A DNA stretch of 64,000 nt from Callorhinchus milii. Its lineage: Eukaryota. Shown here piece by piece: positions 1 to 13,600 of the stretch. Under the pieces are notes generated by a model. That model did not search any database. It was given only the letters and a program-made list of their open reading frames with translations, and was not told where the DNA came from. The stretch spans positions 930,001 to 994,000 of the forward strand of contig NW_024704771.1 of assembly GCF_018977255.1 (NCBI RefSeq), read 5' to 3'. A program made the position numbers and the translations under genes. How positions within the stretch are numbered: position 1 is the first letter of the stretch; each line of letters begins with the position of its first letter.

Positions 1-80
1 TAATTACACTAACAAAACACCCCGAGACATCGAACACAAACCATACACTGCAATCAACACACAACCAGTCAACCCCCTGT

Positions 81-411
81 CACTGTGTGAGGTTAGTGAC
101 TGAGCTCAGTCACTGTGTGAGGTTAGTGACAGAGCTCAGTCACTGTGTGAGGTTAGAAACTGAGCGCCGTCACTGTGTGAGGTTAGTGACTGAGCTCAGT
201 CACTGTGTGAGGTTAGAAACTGAGCGCCGTCACTGTGTGAGATTCGTGACTGAACTCAGTCACTGTGTGAGGGTAATAATTGAGCTCAGTCACTGTGAGA
301 TTAGTAACTGAGCTCAGTCACTGTGTGAGGTTAGTAACTGAGCTCAGTCACTGTGTGAGGTTAGCAACAGAGCTCAGTCACTGTGTGAGGTTAGTAACTG
401 AGCTCAGTCAC
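81..411. repeat. 30-bp minisatellite (CACTGTGTGAGGTTAGTGACTGAGCTCAGT)n, copy 1
   Basis: Tandem 28-30 bp units read directly; paralogous to the array at 41821-42455. Confidence 0.95.
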
Positions 412-1608
412 AGGATTAGCCTCTGGGCATCGCCATCCCTGGACACAGGTTTAATGTACTGTTAGTAGTGAAGATTCTTCTCATTCGATGCAAACTCTAA
501 ACAGGTCAGTGTCGGAAATTGTTTCCTGAAATGAACGATTATTTTACCATTAAAATAATGCCTTAACTTTACTGCGATTCCAGTTACAGAATTCACTGGT
601 TTCACTTTCACATGTGGTGATGTGGAGTTTACATATGAAATAAATGTTCTCTATTGTCAGGTTTGTGTCAGCAGTAAAGCGGAAGCTCTGCAGTCAGTTT
701 ATTCCCAGTTTGTGGTTTAAACGCTGAGAATTGGAGGCAAGTGAGGAGGGAAGGGAATGGGAGCTCCTCTCTGACCTGCACCATGTTGGGGTGAATAAGG
801 AGCGGCTGTGAGGAGGCGGAGGGCAGGAGCACATTACAGCAGTTACACATAACATGTTTCTTCCCCAGTCTGATTGCTGTCAGGTCACTGGTGTTTACAG
901 TGTTTCCTGTGAAGCGCTTTGAGACGTCCCTGGATGTAGAAGGTGCTGTGTCAGATGTCAGGATTATTATTCTCCGAGGTCACCTTGACAAGCGCTGAGG
1001 GTTGAAGCTCAGACAAACAGACGGAGACTCTGTGTGAGTTTGGAGCCTGAACCTGCAAAAGGTTCTACTGTTAAAAGCAAATCAGTGTCAGAAATTGTTC
1101 CCCGATGTGAAAAGTTTATTGTTATTAAAAATAATCATTTTATTTTTAGTGTTATCCCACTGACTTGGTTCAGCCGAAACAACAACAACAACTTATATAT
1201 CGCCCTCCACTCAGGGCAGCGTCTCAGAGCACTTGACAGTGGTGATGCCTGACTCCGAGCCTGAGTCAGAGGGTTGTGGGTTCAAGCCCCACATTAGGAC
1301 TTTGAGCTCACAGTGTAGGCTGACACTCCACTGCGGTGATCGGGGAGCACAGCATTGTCGGAGGTGATGTCCTTTGGATGTGAGGTTAAGCTGAGGTGCT
1401 CTCTGCCTGTCAGGTGGATGTTAAAGATGCAAATTGCTGTTGTTGTTCCACCTGTTTCAGGCAATTACTTTATTCCCAAAGTTTGGAGGAACACTTTGTT
1501 CAAATGCTGATCTTGATTGTGACACAGATCTGGTCTTATTGTGTGTTATTAATGTAATATGAATTATCTGTTGATTTCCTCGTGTTTCAGTGCTCGATGT
1601 CCTGACAA

Positions 1609-1666
1609 ATGATGGAGAAGATTTTCATTCTGATTTTCCTGTTTGAGATTCCGGCTTCACTTTCTG
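1609..1666 (+). CDS. BTN-like copy 1 signal peptide exon ([19 protein letters not shown])
   Basis: tttcag acceptor at 1590, ATG at 1609, hydrophobic leader, phase-1 donor G|gtgagc. Confidence 0.85.
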
Positions 1667-4600
1667 GTGAGCAACACTGTCATTTTATTCCAAATCGTCA
1701 CTGTCACATCAACATTGCTATTTATTACAGAGGCAACTAAAATATTAGATCACTTGTCAAAGTAGAGAATAGTTTTGTTTCTGATAAAGAATCCACTCAC
1801 TGTAACTGGAAGCTGGAGCTTGTTATCACTGCAGCTAAACCTGCCCCAGGAAAGTGCTGTATCTGTCAGCTTCCCTCAGTCTATCAGCCCATAACTGTGG
1901 CTGAAAGATCCTCACCAAACCTGGTCTATTCCCAGCTTCTCCTGATCACCTCCCGTTGTTCAGTGGTGAACAACTGTATCTCATTTCTGAGAGAAATGAC
2001 AATTCCTGACTGTGTTAATGAGCTGAACGAGAGGACATTCTGGCTGTTTACACTGGAGCCGTATTTCAAACTATATTTGCAAAGGTTGTGAGCTGTCCGT
2101 GTTCACAGCACTGAACTCCGAGAGTAAATGTATCAGGTGAAGCTGAGATGGGAAGATGGGAGGTGAGTATTCTGGGAAGATGAGGTCAAATGGGCTGAAG
2201 GACTTCCTTCATCTGAACCTCTCTTGTGATCGGGTGAAATGTGTCCATTGATGATATTATAAACTGGTGATTTATATTCATCTTTTAAATGGTAACATTG
2301 CTGCACATTTCCAAATAAAGTATATTTCTGTAATAAGACAGTTTCTGTGCAGACTCAGGTCAGTTCATATCTCAGACTTTCAGGGCTTCAGGAAACCAGA
2401 CACTGTCAAACTGTCAGTGACAGTGACACAAATAAACTATTGCAACTCATTGTTTCACATTTAAATAGAAACAAATCATAATAATAGTTTAATAATTGAT
2501 ATTGTGTTGTTCAATAGATTCTTTTATAGTTAATGGTCCTCGTCAGCCTGTCCTCACAGCTCTGGGGAACGATGTCACTCTGGGATGTTGGTTAACACCA
2601 GGAGTGGCTGCAGATATGATGGAAGTGGAATGGAGTAAATCTGATTCTGGGGAAGTGGTGCATTTCTACACACGTGGAGTGGATCGACCTTATCAGCAAC
2701 ATGAAGCCTACAGAGGAAGAACTGAGCTCATTAGAGACGGGATGACTCGAGGAAACGTGTCTCTCAGACTGAAGAACGTGAGGTGCTCAGACCAAGGAGA
2801 ATACACATGTTTTGTGAGATCAACAACAGATTTAGGTGAAACAACAGTGCTTGTGAAAGTTGAAGGTTTGTTGTGTTTAACCTGTACATTTCCCTATTCT
2901 AAGCTCATATTCCCACCCCGTCCCAGTCAATATATTTTCCAGCCTCAGAAATGCACCATAATCTCTACCAGAGCCCGGTGTGAACTGCACAATGTAATGA
3001 TTTGTCATTCTGGCTCAATGTGGGCAATTGGCTGCCGCGTAACACCCACAAAATACTCAGTCAATTCACTGTACAGTATATTCTGTGAAGGGCTTTGAGA
3101 CATCTTGAAAATGTGATAAGGCTCTATATCAAGTGAAGGATTATTATTGTTCATTGGAAGGACTCTTGTTGTTTGGTTTAGAGGGTTGTGGGTTGAAGCC
3201 CCACATCAGCACCTGAGCTCATAGTTCAGGCTGATACCACACTCTGTCACTGAAGGACACTCAGTGTTAGAGGCTGACGTTTGGTGAGACGTGAAAATTG
3301 ACAGTTTGCACCTCTCTGTTCAGGTGGACATTAATGATCCCATAAACTGATGGAGAAGGTCGTGTCCTGCAGATTAATTGGCCATTCACTTGATGGAGCA
3401 AATGACTATAACCTTAGCCTTCAAAAAGAATCACGACACGGGAATGATTAGGTGTAAAGTACTGAATGTTTTGATTTGATCAGTTGTTACAAAAGTTCTG
3501 TCTTTGTAATTGTTGATAACACAATGTATTATTGTTACAGACCGCAGACGGCTGCCCTTGATTTCCATGGCAGGTTACCAGGACTCGAGACTTAAACTCA
3601 CCTGTAAATCAAAAGGCTGGTATCCCGAACCTCGTGTAGTTTGGTTTGATAGGAGTGGAGCAAAGGTGAAAGCCAAGACTGAAACATGCACTCAGGGGTC
3701 TGAAGACTGTTGGAAATGTGAAAGTAGCATTGATATAACCAGAGATTCTACAGACAGATTCACGTGTCTGACAGGAAACTTTTTGGAGGAAAAGAAGGTG
3801 AAGATCCAGGTATCAGGTCAGTGAAACATTTGGAAAAATATAAACACTTCAGTGCAACGTATTACAGTTCATATTGTGAAGTGGAACAATCCACAGCAGC
3901 TCCCAATGTTCAATCTGAGGCTTTCATTCTGATTTCCTTTCAGCCACTTTCATCATAGGATAGTTTGCTATTGTAATTGTAAATGATTAATTACACAACA
4001 ATAACAACAAGATTACATGTCTATAGCGCCTTCCGCGTTGGGAGGACGTCCCAAGGCACTGGACAGTGACAGCATTTCATGTATTTCTGAAATACATGAA
4101 TTTAGTGTGTGTGGCTTTTCGCTGTTAGTGTTTCCAGTCAGTTGTGGACTCCTGTAGCTCAGTGGTTAGAGCCTCACAAGCGAGAGACCTGGGTTCGATT
4201 GTCGGAGACGCTGTCCTTCAGATAAGATGTTGAACCGAGGACTTGTCTGTTCCTGTTCAGAAGGATTTTAAAGATCCTCTGATACCTTTCATGAAGGGAA
4301 GGAAGTTTCTCCAGGTATCCTGGCCAACAATCCTCCAGATAAATTGCTCATTCACTACATAACTGTTTGTGGACATTGTGTGCGTAATATTGTTCGCATA
4401 CAAATAAACAGTCACTACATATCACTGTAACGCCTATGAAGGCTTTGAGACTTCATGAAAATGTGATAAGGTTCTATATCAAATGAAAGAATGATAGGAT
4501 TATTATTACATATGACACAAAATTTCTTTATGTTACAGAGGTGTTTTTCCACCGAGGCCCAGACTGGCTGGTGGCTTTCCTTGTGGCGTTCAGCCTTGTG

Positions 4601-7600
4601 CTTGGAGCAGCTGGTGTGTTGGTGTTCTTCTGCAGAAAACGATTGAAAAAAGTAAAAGGTAATAAATGATTTTAAGTTTCCCCCAAAATATAATCTTTAC
4701 TTTCATCCTTTATATAATCCATAACATAGTGAGGAGAGCACTGGCAACGTCTGAGCGCAGGTTACGAAAGCGAGAGTGAGTGTCTCTGGGGTGTTGGGTG
4801 TGAGGTAGGGGCGGAGGCGGGTGATGTGGTGGTGAATGAAGGTGGTTTTGATGAGGCACTGCATGTGAGTGAGAAAGGAAAGCCGGGGATCAAACCACAT
4901 GCCACGGTTGTCACTGAGAAAATTAGAGAGAGAGGCTGGGGAGCTTGTGGAGCTCAGAGCCAGAATGGGATGGCTTCAGTCTTATCTAAACAAACAAATT
5001 GAGATGGATCTTGAAGGAGGCATGAGAGGGGGTGAGGTGGGATGGAGTTCCAGAGAGTGGGGGCAGAGAAGCTGAAGGCTCGCCCACCAATGTTGGGGTG
5101 GGCAAAGCGGGGAACATGAAGCAGGCCGGAGGATGCTGAGTAGAGGGAGCGGAGAGGTTGGTAGGAGGTTAGGAGGTCACAGAGGTAGGGAGGAAAAAAG
5201 CCGAGGAGGTGAGGATCAGGAACTTGGAACTATATCATCTGAGTCATGTGGAGTCGGGCGATCATGAGGGTGATAGTGTCACGGTGTCTGGAGCAGAAGA
5301 GGACACAGGCTACAGAATTCTGGACAATCTGCAGCCTGTGGAAGGAGGAGTAGCGGAGGCCGACAAGCAGGGAGTTTGTGTAGTTGAGCCTGGATGTGAT
5401 GAACGCGTGGATGAGGGTCTCGAGAGAAGTGGCAGAGCCGGGCAATGTTGCGGAGGTGGGGAAAGGCGAAGCGGGTCATGGCAATGATATGGGGGATGAA
5501 GGTCTGTTAAGAGTTGAACAGGACACTGAGGTTCCGCATTGGCTCCATGATGTGTAGAGTGCAGCCATGAAGGGCAATGCTGTCAGCGACCGAGTTATGG
5601 AGACACTGACAAGAGCAATGCAGGACGGCCTTGGTCAACTGGAGAAAGTTAGCTCTCATCCAGGACTTGATGTCTGACAGACATTCTGTGAGGACAGCAG
5701 TGATCCTGGAGTCGAGGTGGAGGTGGAGTTGGGTGTCACCACATATATGTGGGAGTTGACTCCATGTCTATGGATGATGTCACCAAGAGGGATCTATACT
5801 GAGTTGGAGGAAATTTTGGCTCATCCAGGCCTTGATATCTCACAATCAACTGGACAGATCATCAGGGACCTGGGGTCGAGAGTAGATTTGGGGTCATCCA
5901 CATCCATGTGGGAATTAAGTCCATGTCTGTGGATGATGTTGAGGGACAGGGTGACTGTGTTGGCCAGTAGTGGGCAGAGGAAGGGCAATTGGGTGGTCAG
6001 CGGATGGGTGGGGAGGGAGTTGAGGGAGCAGGTGGTGAGCTTTATGTTATGAGAAGGAAGATGTGGTCAGGTGTATTTTGTTGATTTTTGTTGTTGAACG
6101 TGAAAGGTGCAATATAAATGTTATTTTGTTGTTATTATTCTCTATTGTCTCTCACACATATAGAGAAGTTGTGGGATAAAAGGCTGGAAATGTTAATCAG
6201 AATGTGTCTTGTCGTTTCCAAACTGTAGAAGGATTTGCTCACACAGAGGGATGTGAAGATGTAGAATTCTTTGCCCCAGAAATCTGTAGAGAAGGAATCA
6301 ATGTGAATGTTTAAATGAGAGACAGAGACTCGGATAGTAGAAATATTTGCGTAAAGAGCAGGAAATTGGTTTTAAAAGATTAAAATTGGTGGAACAGACT
6401 CATGGGCTGAATTGTCTCCTCCTGTTCCTCTTTTCCTTTACTAAAAGCTGATGTCAATTAGAAATAACCTAAAGCAGAGCCTTTAGTGCACTGTTATTTT
6501 CACTAATATTTAATAAAATATTGTATTAATATTTCTGCTGGATTGTGTCCATTATGTTTAAGGAAAATGTCCTACAGTTACTGATGGGGATGACACTGAC
6601 AATTGTGTTTTTATTTTCCAGTTTATGAAAATCTAAAAAAGGAATTTAAAAATCTGGGTAAGTAACAGCATTACAAACATCCCCGAGCCTCAGCCTCCCC
6701 GAGAGTCAGGTCCTCGGAGACCCACCACAAGCCCTTCCTGTGCTCACTGGTGACCTCAGCATTTACATATACACACACACCCAGACATATACACACACAC
6801 CCAGACATATACACACACACACCCAGACATATACACACACACCCAGACACAAGCACACATACACACACACATATGCACACAACACACATGCACACACACA
6901 CATGCACACAACACACATGCACACACACACACGCACACAGAATCACAGAACAACCTGAACTAAACCCACCTCCTGTGGAATAAAGAAACGTGACATTTCT
7001 GTGCAGATGAGGAGAATCTCACTGTGTTTGACTGTAGAGAGAAAGTGAAACTTACACTTTAACACAAATTAAATCATTCTGATACAATGAGTGAAATAAA
7101 TAACATAATGTAAACGAGTCTCTGAATGTGCATTCCACTCGGTTAGATTCTGTTCCTAAATATTTAACATTTACATCTGCGATCTGAAACAATAATTTAC
7201 ATTTATACAACTGCCTCCATGCGCCGGGTCAGAGTGAAAGGGGAGGTGACCGTACACACGGTTAAAGAGGAAGGTCTTCAGGTGCGATGAAGATGGTCAA
7301 AGTGGGGAGAGTGAGATGGAGGGATTGAGAAAGGGAGTTCTTTTGGTTTGGTGGTTAGTGGTTGAAGACATGGCCACCAATGGTGGGGCGGAGGCGAGTC
7401 AGGGATGAGCAGAAAGCCAGAGCCGCCCAAATAAAGGGGTGGGTAGAGGAGTGGGGTGTGAGCAGGTCGGAGAGGTAGGGAGGTGCTGGACATGAGGTGA
7501 TTTGTCAGTGAGTGTGAGGATCTTGAAATGGATCTGTTCAGTGATAGGGAGCCGTGGAGCCCGGCAAGGGCTGGAGTGATGGGGTATGGAGTTTGTTGTG

Positions 7601-10600
7601 GGTAATGTACCAAATGTAAGGATTATTAATATTATCATAATTCACTTGTTGAGACTGTGAATGTTTAATCAGTTTCTACAATGCAGAATTTTTTTATTGT
7701 AAATTATAACACAAATTATAACACAAAAATAATAATAAATTGGTCATTTTCAATCTACGACTGTCTGTGGGACATTGCTGTGCGCAATTGGCTGCCGCGT
7801 TCGCCCACAAATATACAGTCAATTCACTTTACAGTGTGTTCTGTGAAGCGCTTTGGGATGTCCTCCCGACGTGAAAAGCGCTATATCAAATGCGAGGATT
7901 ATTATTATTATTATTAAATTTTGAAATAAAATACATTTAAAAGAAAATCTTACATTTTCAGTTTGTTTATTAATTTAATTTCCTTCAGTTGATGTGAGAA
8001 CATATCACCTCATATCACAGTGAGTTTGGAAATTTTAAGTTTAAAGGAAAACAAAGAAATGGAATAAAATAAACCAGATAAGCTTTTTAACTTTTTTCAA
8101 AAATGTAAAAATAAATTTTCTAAAACCTTTTCTTTTGTTTTAAAGATAATGAACTGAAATCTGCCAAACAAGGTACAGTACATTGTGTTATTGACACTAA
8201 GTGTTTCTATGATGGAATTCCATCAGTGATGATGTCCCATAAGTGGATCAATCAATGACGACTGACTTCAACATTCAAACTGTCTTCACTCAATGACTTT
8301 CAATCTCATGTGAGAAACTTTACATTGTTTATTAATATTTGTTTCTTTCTTTAGACCAAAAATACATGAAAAAAGCACTCGGTAGGTTTTACCATTTAAA
8401 ATCCACTTGTTTTAGCCGATGATTCTGGGAAGGGTCAGCAGTGAGAAGTTTTGAGTAATGATAAGCTGTGAGGTTTCAGCAGGAAAATCTGGAGCAATTC
8501 CCCCCAATCCATCCTCTGTGGACCACAAGCCTTGGCTCTGGCCAACCCATGTCTAAACATTAGTAAACCCGGGAGCATGGCGCTGGGGAGAGGGTTCATT
8601 CTATATCAGACACGGAAACTCTACATACAGTATGTGGAACTCCCAGTAGTTTGGTTTGGAGAGTGTTAACCCCGGTGATGGGTTTCAATGTGACACGGAC
8701 TGAAACTATTTTGAAGCCCAAATGTTATTTTCTTATTTCTGAAAACAAACTTCCAGATGCCTCAGTGGTGAAGGGTTGTTTATCAGCTGAATCACGAGAC
8801 TGGGAATAGGTTCAGTGTGTAACAGTGGGGGGTGATCTGTGGAATAAACAATCAATAAATATTGTTTCCTTTCAGAACTGAAACAACAATTCGCTAAATC
8901 AGGTAATTGACGTTTTTATCCTCATTTACTGTTATTGATGTAGAATTGAGCTGCTTTTCAAAAAAAAATTATCACCACTTTTGATAACGTAATAGATGGA
9001 ATGTAAGAAATACAATGATATTAAGATTATAAATGGACTTTGACATGAACGTTCAATGCACAGTTCAATCATCTCCATCATCATGGTGTCCTGTAGCTCA
9101 GTGGGTAGAGCACTCGCCTCGCAAGCGAGAAGATCTGGGTTCGATTCCCGGCAGAACGAAATGTTGGGCAAGTCCTTAGTCCACACACTTCTGTATATCG
9201 AGCAGTAAGTAGGAATCTGGTTGTTAGTCTTTTGGCGGTTCACTTTTCTGGTGGTAATAATTCCTTTCAAATAGTAATAAATTGGTCACTCAATCCATGG
9301 CTGTTTGTGGGACGCTACTGTGCACAATTGGGTGCCGAGTTTCACCCACAAAACATACAGTCAATTTACTTTACAGTGTGTTCTGTGAAGCGCTTTGGGA
9401 CGTCCTCCCGACGTGAAAAGCGCTATATCAAATGTAAGGATTATTATAAGGCGCTGTATCGAATGCAAGGAATATTATTATCTCACATCTACAAATATGA
9501 TCAGTTAGTCAGACTCTGGAAGTATCTAATCCCAGATACTGAGTTGCACACAGAGACTGTCAGGAATAACATAATTTTGGAAGTTTACAAAAGATGAAAT
9601 TCATAAAAAAAAGGTTATTAAATGAAAACTTCTGTTTCTTTCCAGAGTGGGAGGTCGTTGGCAGTTGTGAATGTAAGTTACCCCACATTACAGTCTGGTT
9701 ATAGACCCCACATTACAGGCTGGTTATAGACCCCACATTACAGGCTGGTTATACACCCCACATTACAGGCTGGTTATACACCCCACATTACAGGCTGGTT
9801 ATAGACCCCACATTACAGGCTGGTTATAGACCCCACATTACAGGCTGGTTATAGACCCCACATTACAGGCTGGTTATAGACCCCACATTACAGGCTGTTT
9901 ATAGACCCCACATTACAGGCTGGTTATACACCCCACATAACAGGCTGGTTAGACACCCCACATTACAGGCTGGTTATAGACCCCACATTACAGGCTGGTT
10001 ATACACCCCACATTACAGGCTGGTTATACACCCCACATTACAGGCTGGTTATAGACCCAACATTACAGGCTGGTTTTAGACCCCACATTACAGGCTGGTT
10101 ATAGACCCCACATTACAGGCTGGTTATAGACCCCACGTTACAGGCTGATTATAGACCCCACGTTACAGACTGGTCACAGACACCTTTCCCCTGATAGAGG
10201 CCACACAACCCGGCTACACCTTCCATCATATCCCACGACCTAACCGCCGTGGTGGCTGAGTGGCTCTCGTCTCCCGGTCCCCGCTCAGCCTATCCCCTTA
10301 CTCCTCTGGAACCTTCCCCTCCTTTGAGCACCTTACCCTTTATCACCCCTCCAGCTTTTGCCTCAAAATTCTCCTTTTCTATCGCACCCCCACAAGCCCT
10401 GCCCCACCTTCCTCCCTGACATCTCCACCCTCCTATCTTCCCTCTCCCCCAAATGCCTCCTCATTTCAGGTGACTTCAAACTTCCCTTCATCCCCTCCTG
10501 CTCTACCTCTGCTAACTTCTCCTCTTTTCTCCTCCCTCAACTCATCCTCCACATCCACCCTGTCACCCATGTCCGGGGTCACACCCTCAACCTGGTGATC

Positions 10601-13600
10601 ACTCAGGGCCTCACCATCACGGACATCATCATCATTGACAAAGCAATCTTGGATCATCATTTCGTCTCCCTTAACTCCTCAATCCCTCTACCCACAGCCA
10701 CCCAATCCACCTCGATTTCCTATCGCCTCTGGAAAAAATCTTCCCCCCACCCTCCTACTTGGCTGTCTTGGAGTCACCTGTACTTCTTCCCCTCTGGGCT
10801 TCCTCCCGCATTGACCTATCCTCTTTGGTCGCTCTTCTCCACAGCTCCCTTTCCTCCACTCTCGATTGCTTTGCTCCCCACTCTTCCGGAACCGTCTCCT
10901 ACTCATGTAACTCACCATGCACACCAGCCGCATCTGCTTCCTTAAAGCACAGATGGTGCCACTCCAAACAATTACCCTAAATCAAACTTAACGGCCCATC
11001 GGCAGATCTGGCTGGACCTTATCAAATCCTATCACTCTGCCCTCGCCTCCGCATCATCGTCATTCTACTCCAAGGCTACAAACAACCCTAGTCTCCTCTT
11101 CTCCATCACCAACCGGCACCTCCACCAACCCTCTTATGCCTTGTCCATCCTCAACACCAATGCCAACTGCTAGGCCATGCTGGATGTACTCGAGTCCAAA
11201 GTAGAGGGGGTCCTCTGCCCTTCTGTTTACTAGCCCCACCCCATTTCCCACCATCCCCTACCATCCCTCCCTCCACACCTTCAAACCTGTCTCGCACTCC
11301 TCACTCACCACCACTGTAACCTGCATCAAACCAACCAACCACCTGCTCCCCAAGCCCATCCCTACCCGTCTGCTTACCTCCCAGCTCCATCTTCTTGCCC
11401 CTCTACTCACAGACATCATAAACCTCTCCCTGTCCACTTGTACTGTTCCCACCTCATCAAAAACCGCCGTCGTCACACCAATCCTCCCTGGACTCATCTC
11501 TACTCTTAAACTTATGCCCCATCTCCAACCTCTCCAAGGTCCTGGAATGAGTTGTTGCTTCCCAACTTCGCTCCTTTCTCTCCTGCCACTCCTTTCACGA
11601 ACCCCTCCAGTTGGTTTCTCTGCCCCCCACAGCACAGAAACAACGCTGGTCAAAGTGACAAATGACATTCTGTCCATCTGCGACCATGGCTCCCTCTGCC
11701 TCCTCATCCTCTTTGACCTCTCTGCTGCGTTCAAAACCATTGGCCACTCTATCCTCATTCACCGCCTCTCCTCTCTCCTCAACCTTGATGGTTCTGTCGT
11801 TGGCTGGTTCAGATCGTACCTCTCACACTGCCTGCTCTTCAAATCCACAAATGGTTTCTCCTCTAGCCCCCGCACTGTCTAGTGAGGTGTTCCTCAGGGC
11901 TCTTTCCTTGGTCCCCTCCTCTTCAATATCTATATGCTCCCTCTTCGTGACATCATCCGCAGACATGGGGTCAACTTCCATATGTGTGTGGATGACACTC
12001 AACTGTACATCTCTGCCTCCACCCTTGATTCCGGGACCACTGCTCAGCGGGCTCCAGCCTATTTCACGTTCCTCCGCCTCGCCAGCCACACCACAGGCTG
12101 GTGGGCCTTCTGCCACTCTGACCCTACCCTCTCGAACTCAATCCCACAGGCCCTCCCCCTCGTCCCTCCATTGCCTCCTTCAAGACCCATCTCAAGACTC
12201 TCCTCTTTGAACGTGCTTTCAATCACCCGGCTTACACCCAGCACTCCACCCTCCCCAATCCCTACCCCCAGCTTAGGCCCCAAACTCTGACTGTCCAGCA
12301 ACTTGGGACATCCTCCCGACATGAAAGGCACCATACACATTAATTTTGTTATTGTTGTAGTAGTAGACTCCACATTACAGGCTAGTTTGTTGTTGTGGTT
12401 AGAGACGTTCCATTGTAGGCTGATTTATAGAGCCCACATTACAGGCTGGTTATAGACCCCACATTACAGGCTGGTTATAGAGACCCCACATTACAGGCTG
12501 GTTATACACCCCACATTATAGGCTGGTTATAGAGCCCACATTACAGGCTGGTTATAGAGACCCCACATTACAGGCTGATTATATACCCCACATTACATAC
12601 TGGTTATAGACCCCACATTAAAGGCTGGTTATAGAGCCCACATTACAGGCTGATTACGGACCCCACATTACAGGCTGGTTATAGAGCCCACATTACAGGC
12701 TGGTTATAGACCCCACATTACAGGCTGGTTATAGACCCCACATTACAGGCTGGTTATAGACCCCACATTACAGGCTGGTTATAGACCCCAGATTAAAGGC
12801 TGGTTATAGAGACCCTGTATTGTCAATGTGCTAAGGAAGTTGCTATAATTGACTACTGTGTAGAGATTATCAGTAAAATACAGGTTCATCAAGTGATTAA
12901 CAAAATATCACTCCTAACCTAATTTTCAGTCTAGTTTCAGGCTGTGTAAAGTGCACACATTTTTTAGAATTGTACACCAATAAATGACATATATGCTGCA
13001 GGACTCGGTGAGCAGAGATCGTTGTGTGAAGTGGATTCACCATTGCTAGTTGTGTTAGTGACACCCTGATAATGAGCTACTGGGTCCAGCTGATAAACTT
13101 GTGTTTTCTTTCAGGCTGTAAAAAGCTTCTCTTTGGTTTTGGTAAGAGACTTGATTTAATAATAATAATAATCATTGTATTTGATGTAGCGCCTCATCAC
13201 GTTGTTGAGACGTCTCAATGCGATTCATAGAAAATACTGCAAAGTGAATTGATGGTATGTTTTGTGGACGAAACCAGCAGCCAAATGCATAGTCATGGAT
13301 TGAGTGACCACATTTTTTTTGAGGAATTATTTCCCCCGGAAAAAAGTGATCCACTAATCAACTAACTACCAAGTTCCTGCTGACTGCTCGGTAAACAGAG
13401 GCGTGTGGAGTGAAGAAACTTGCCTTAGGTTTGCACTGCCCAGGAATCAAACCCTATTCCTCTTATTTCCGAGGCGAGTGCTTTAACCACTACTCCAGAT
13501 ATTAATACGATAAAGAAAATGATTATTCAGTGAAGCATAAACATAACTTTACAAAACAATTTTAATTGAACAACTAAATTCCAACTAAGTTTTCCTTCAT

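Noticed and set aside
2866-3098. ORF-track extension of the IgV frame past 2865 (also 45717-45937)
   Set aside because: Intron read-through into a SINE fragment after a canonical donor.
7989-8019. Candidate extra BTN mini-exon (cag...gtgagt)
   Set aside because: 31 nt would break the frame, and the acceptor is CAT in copy 2.
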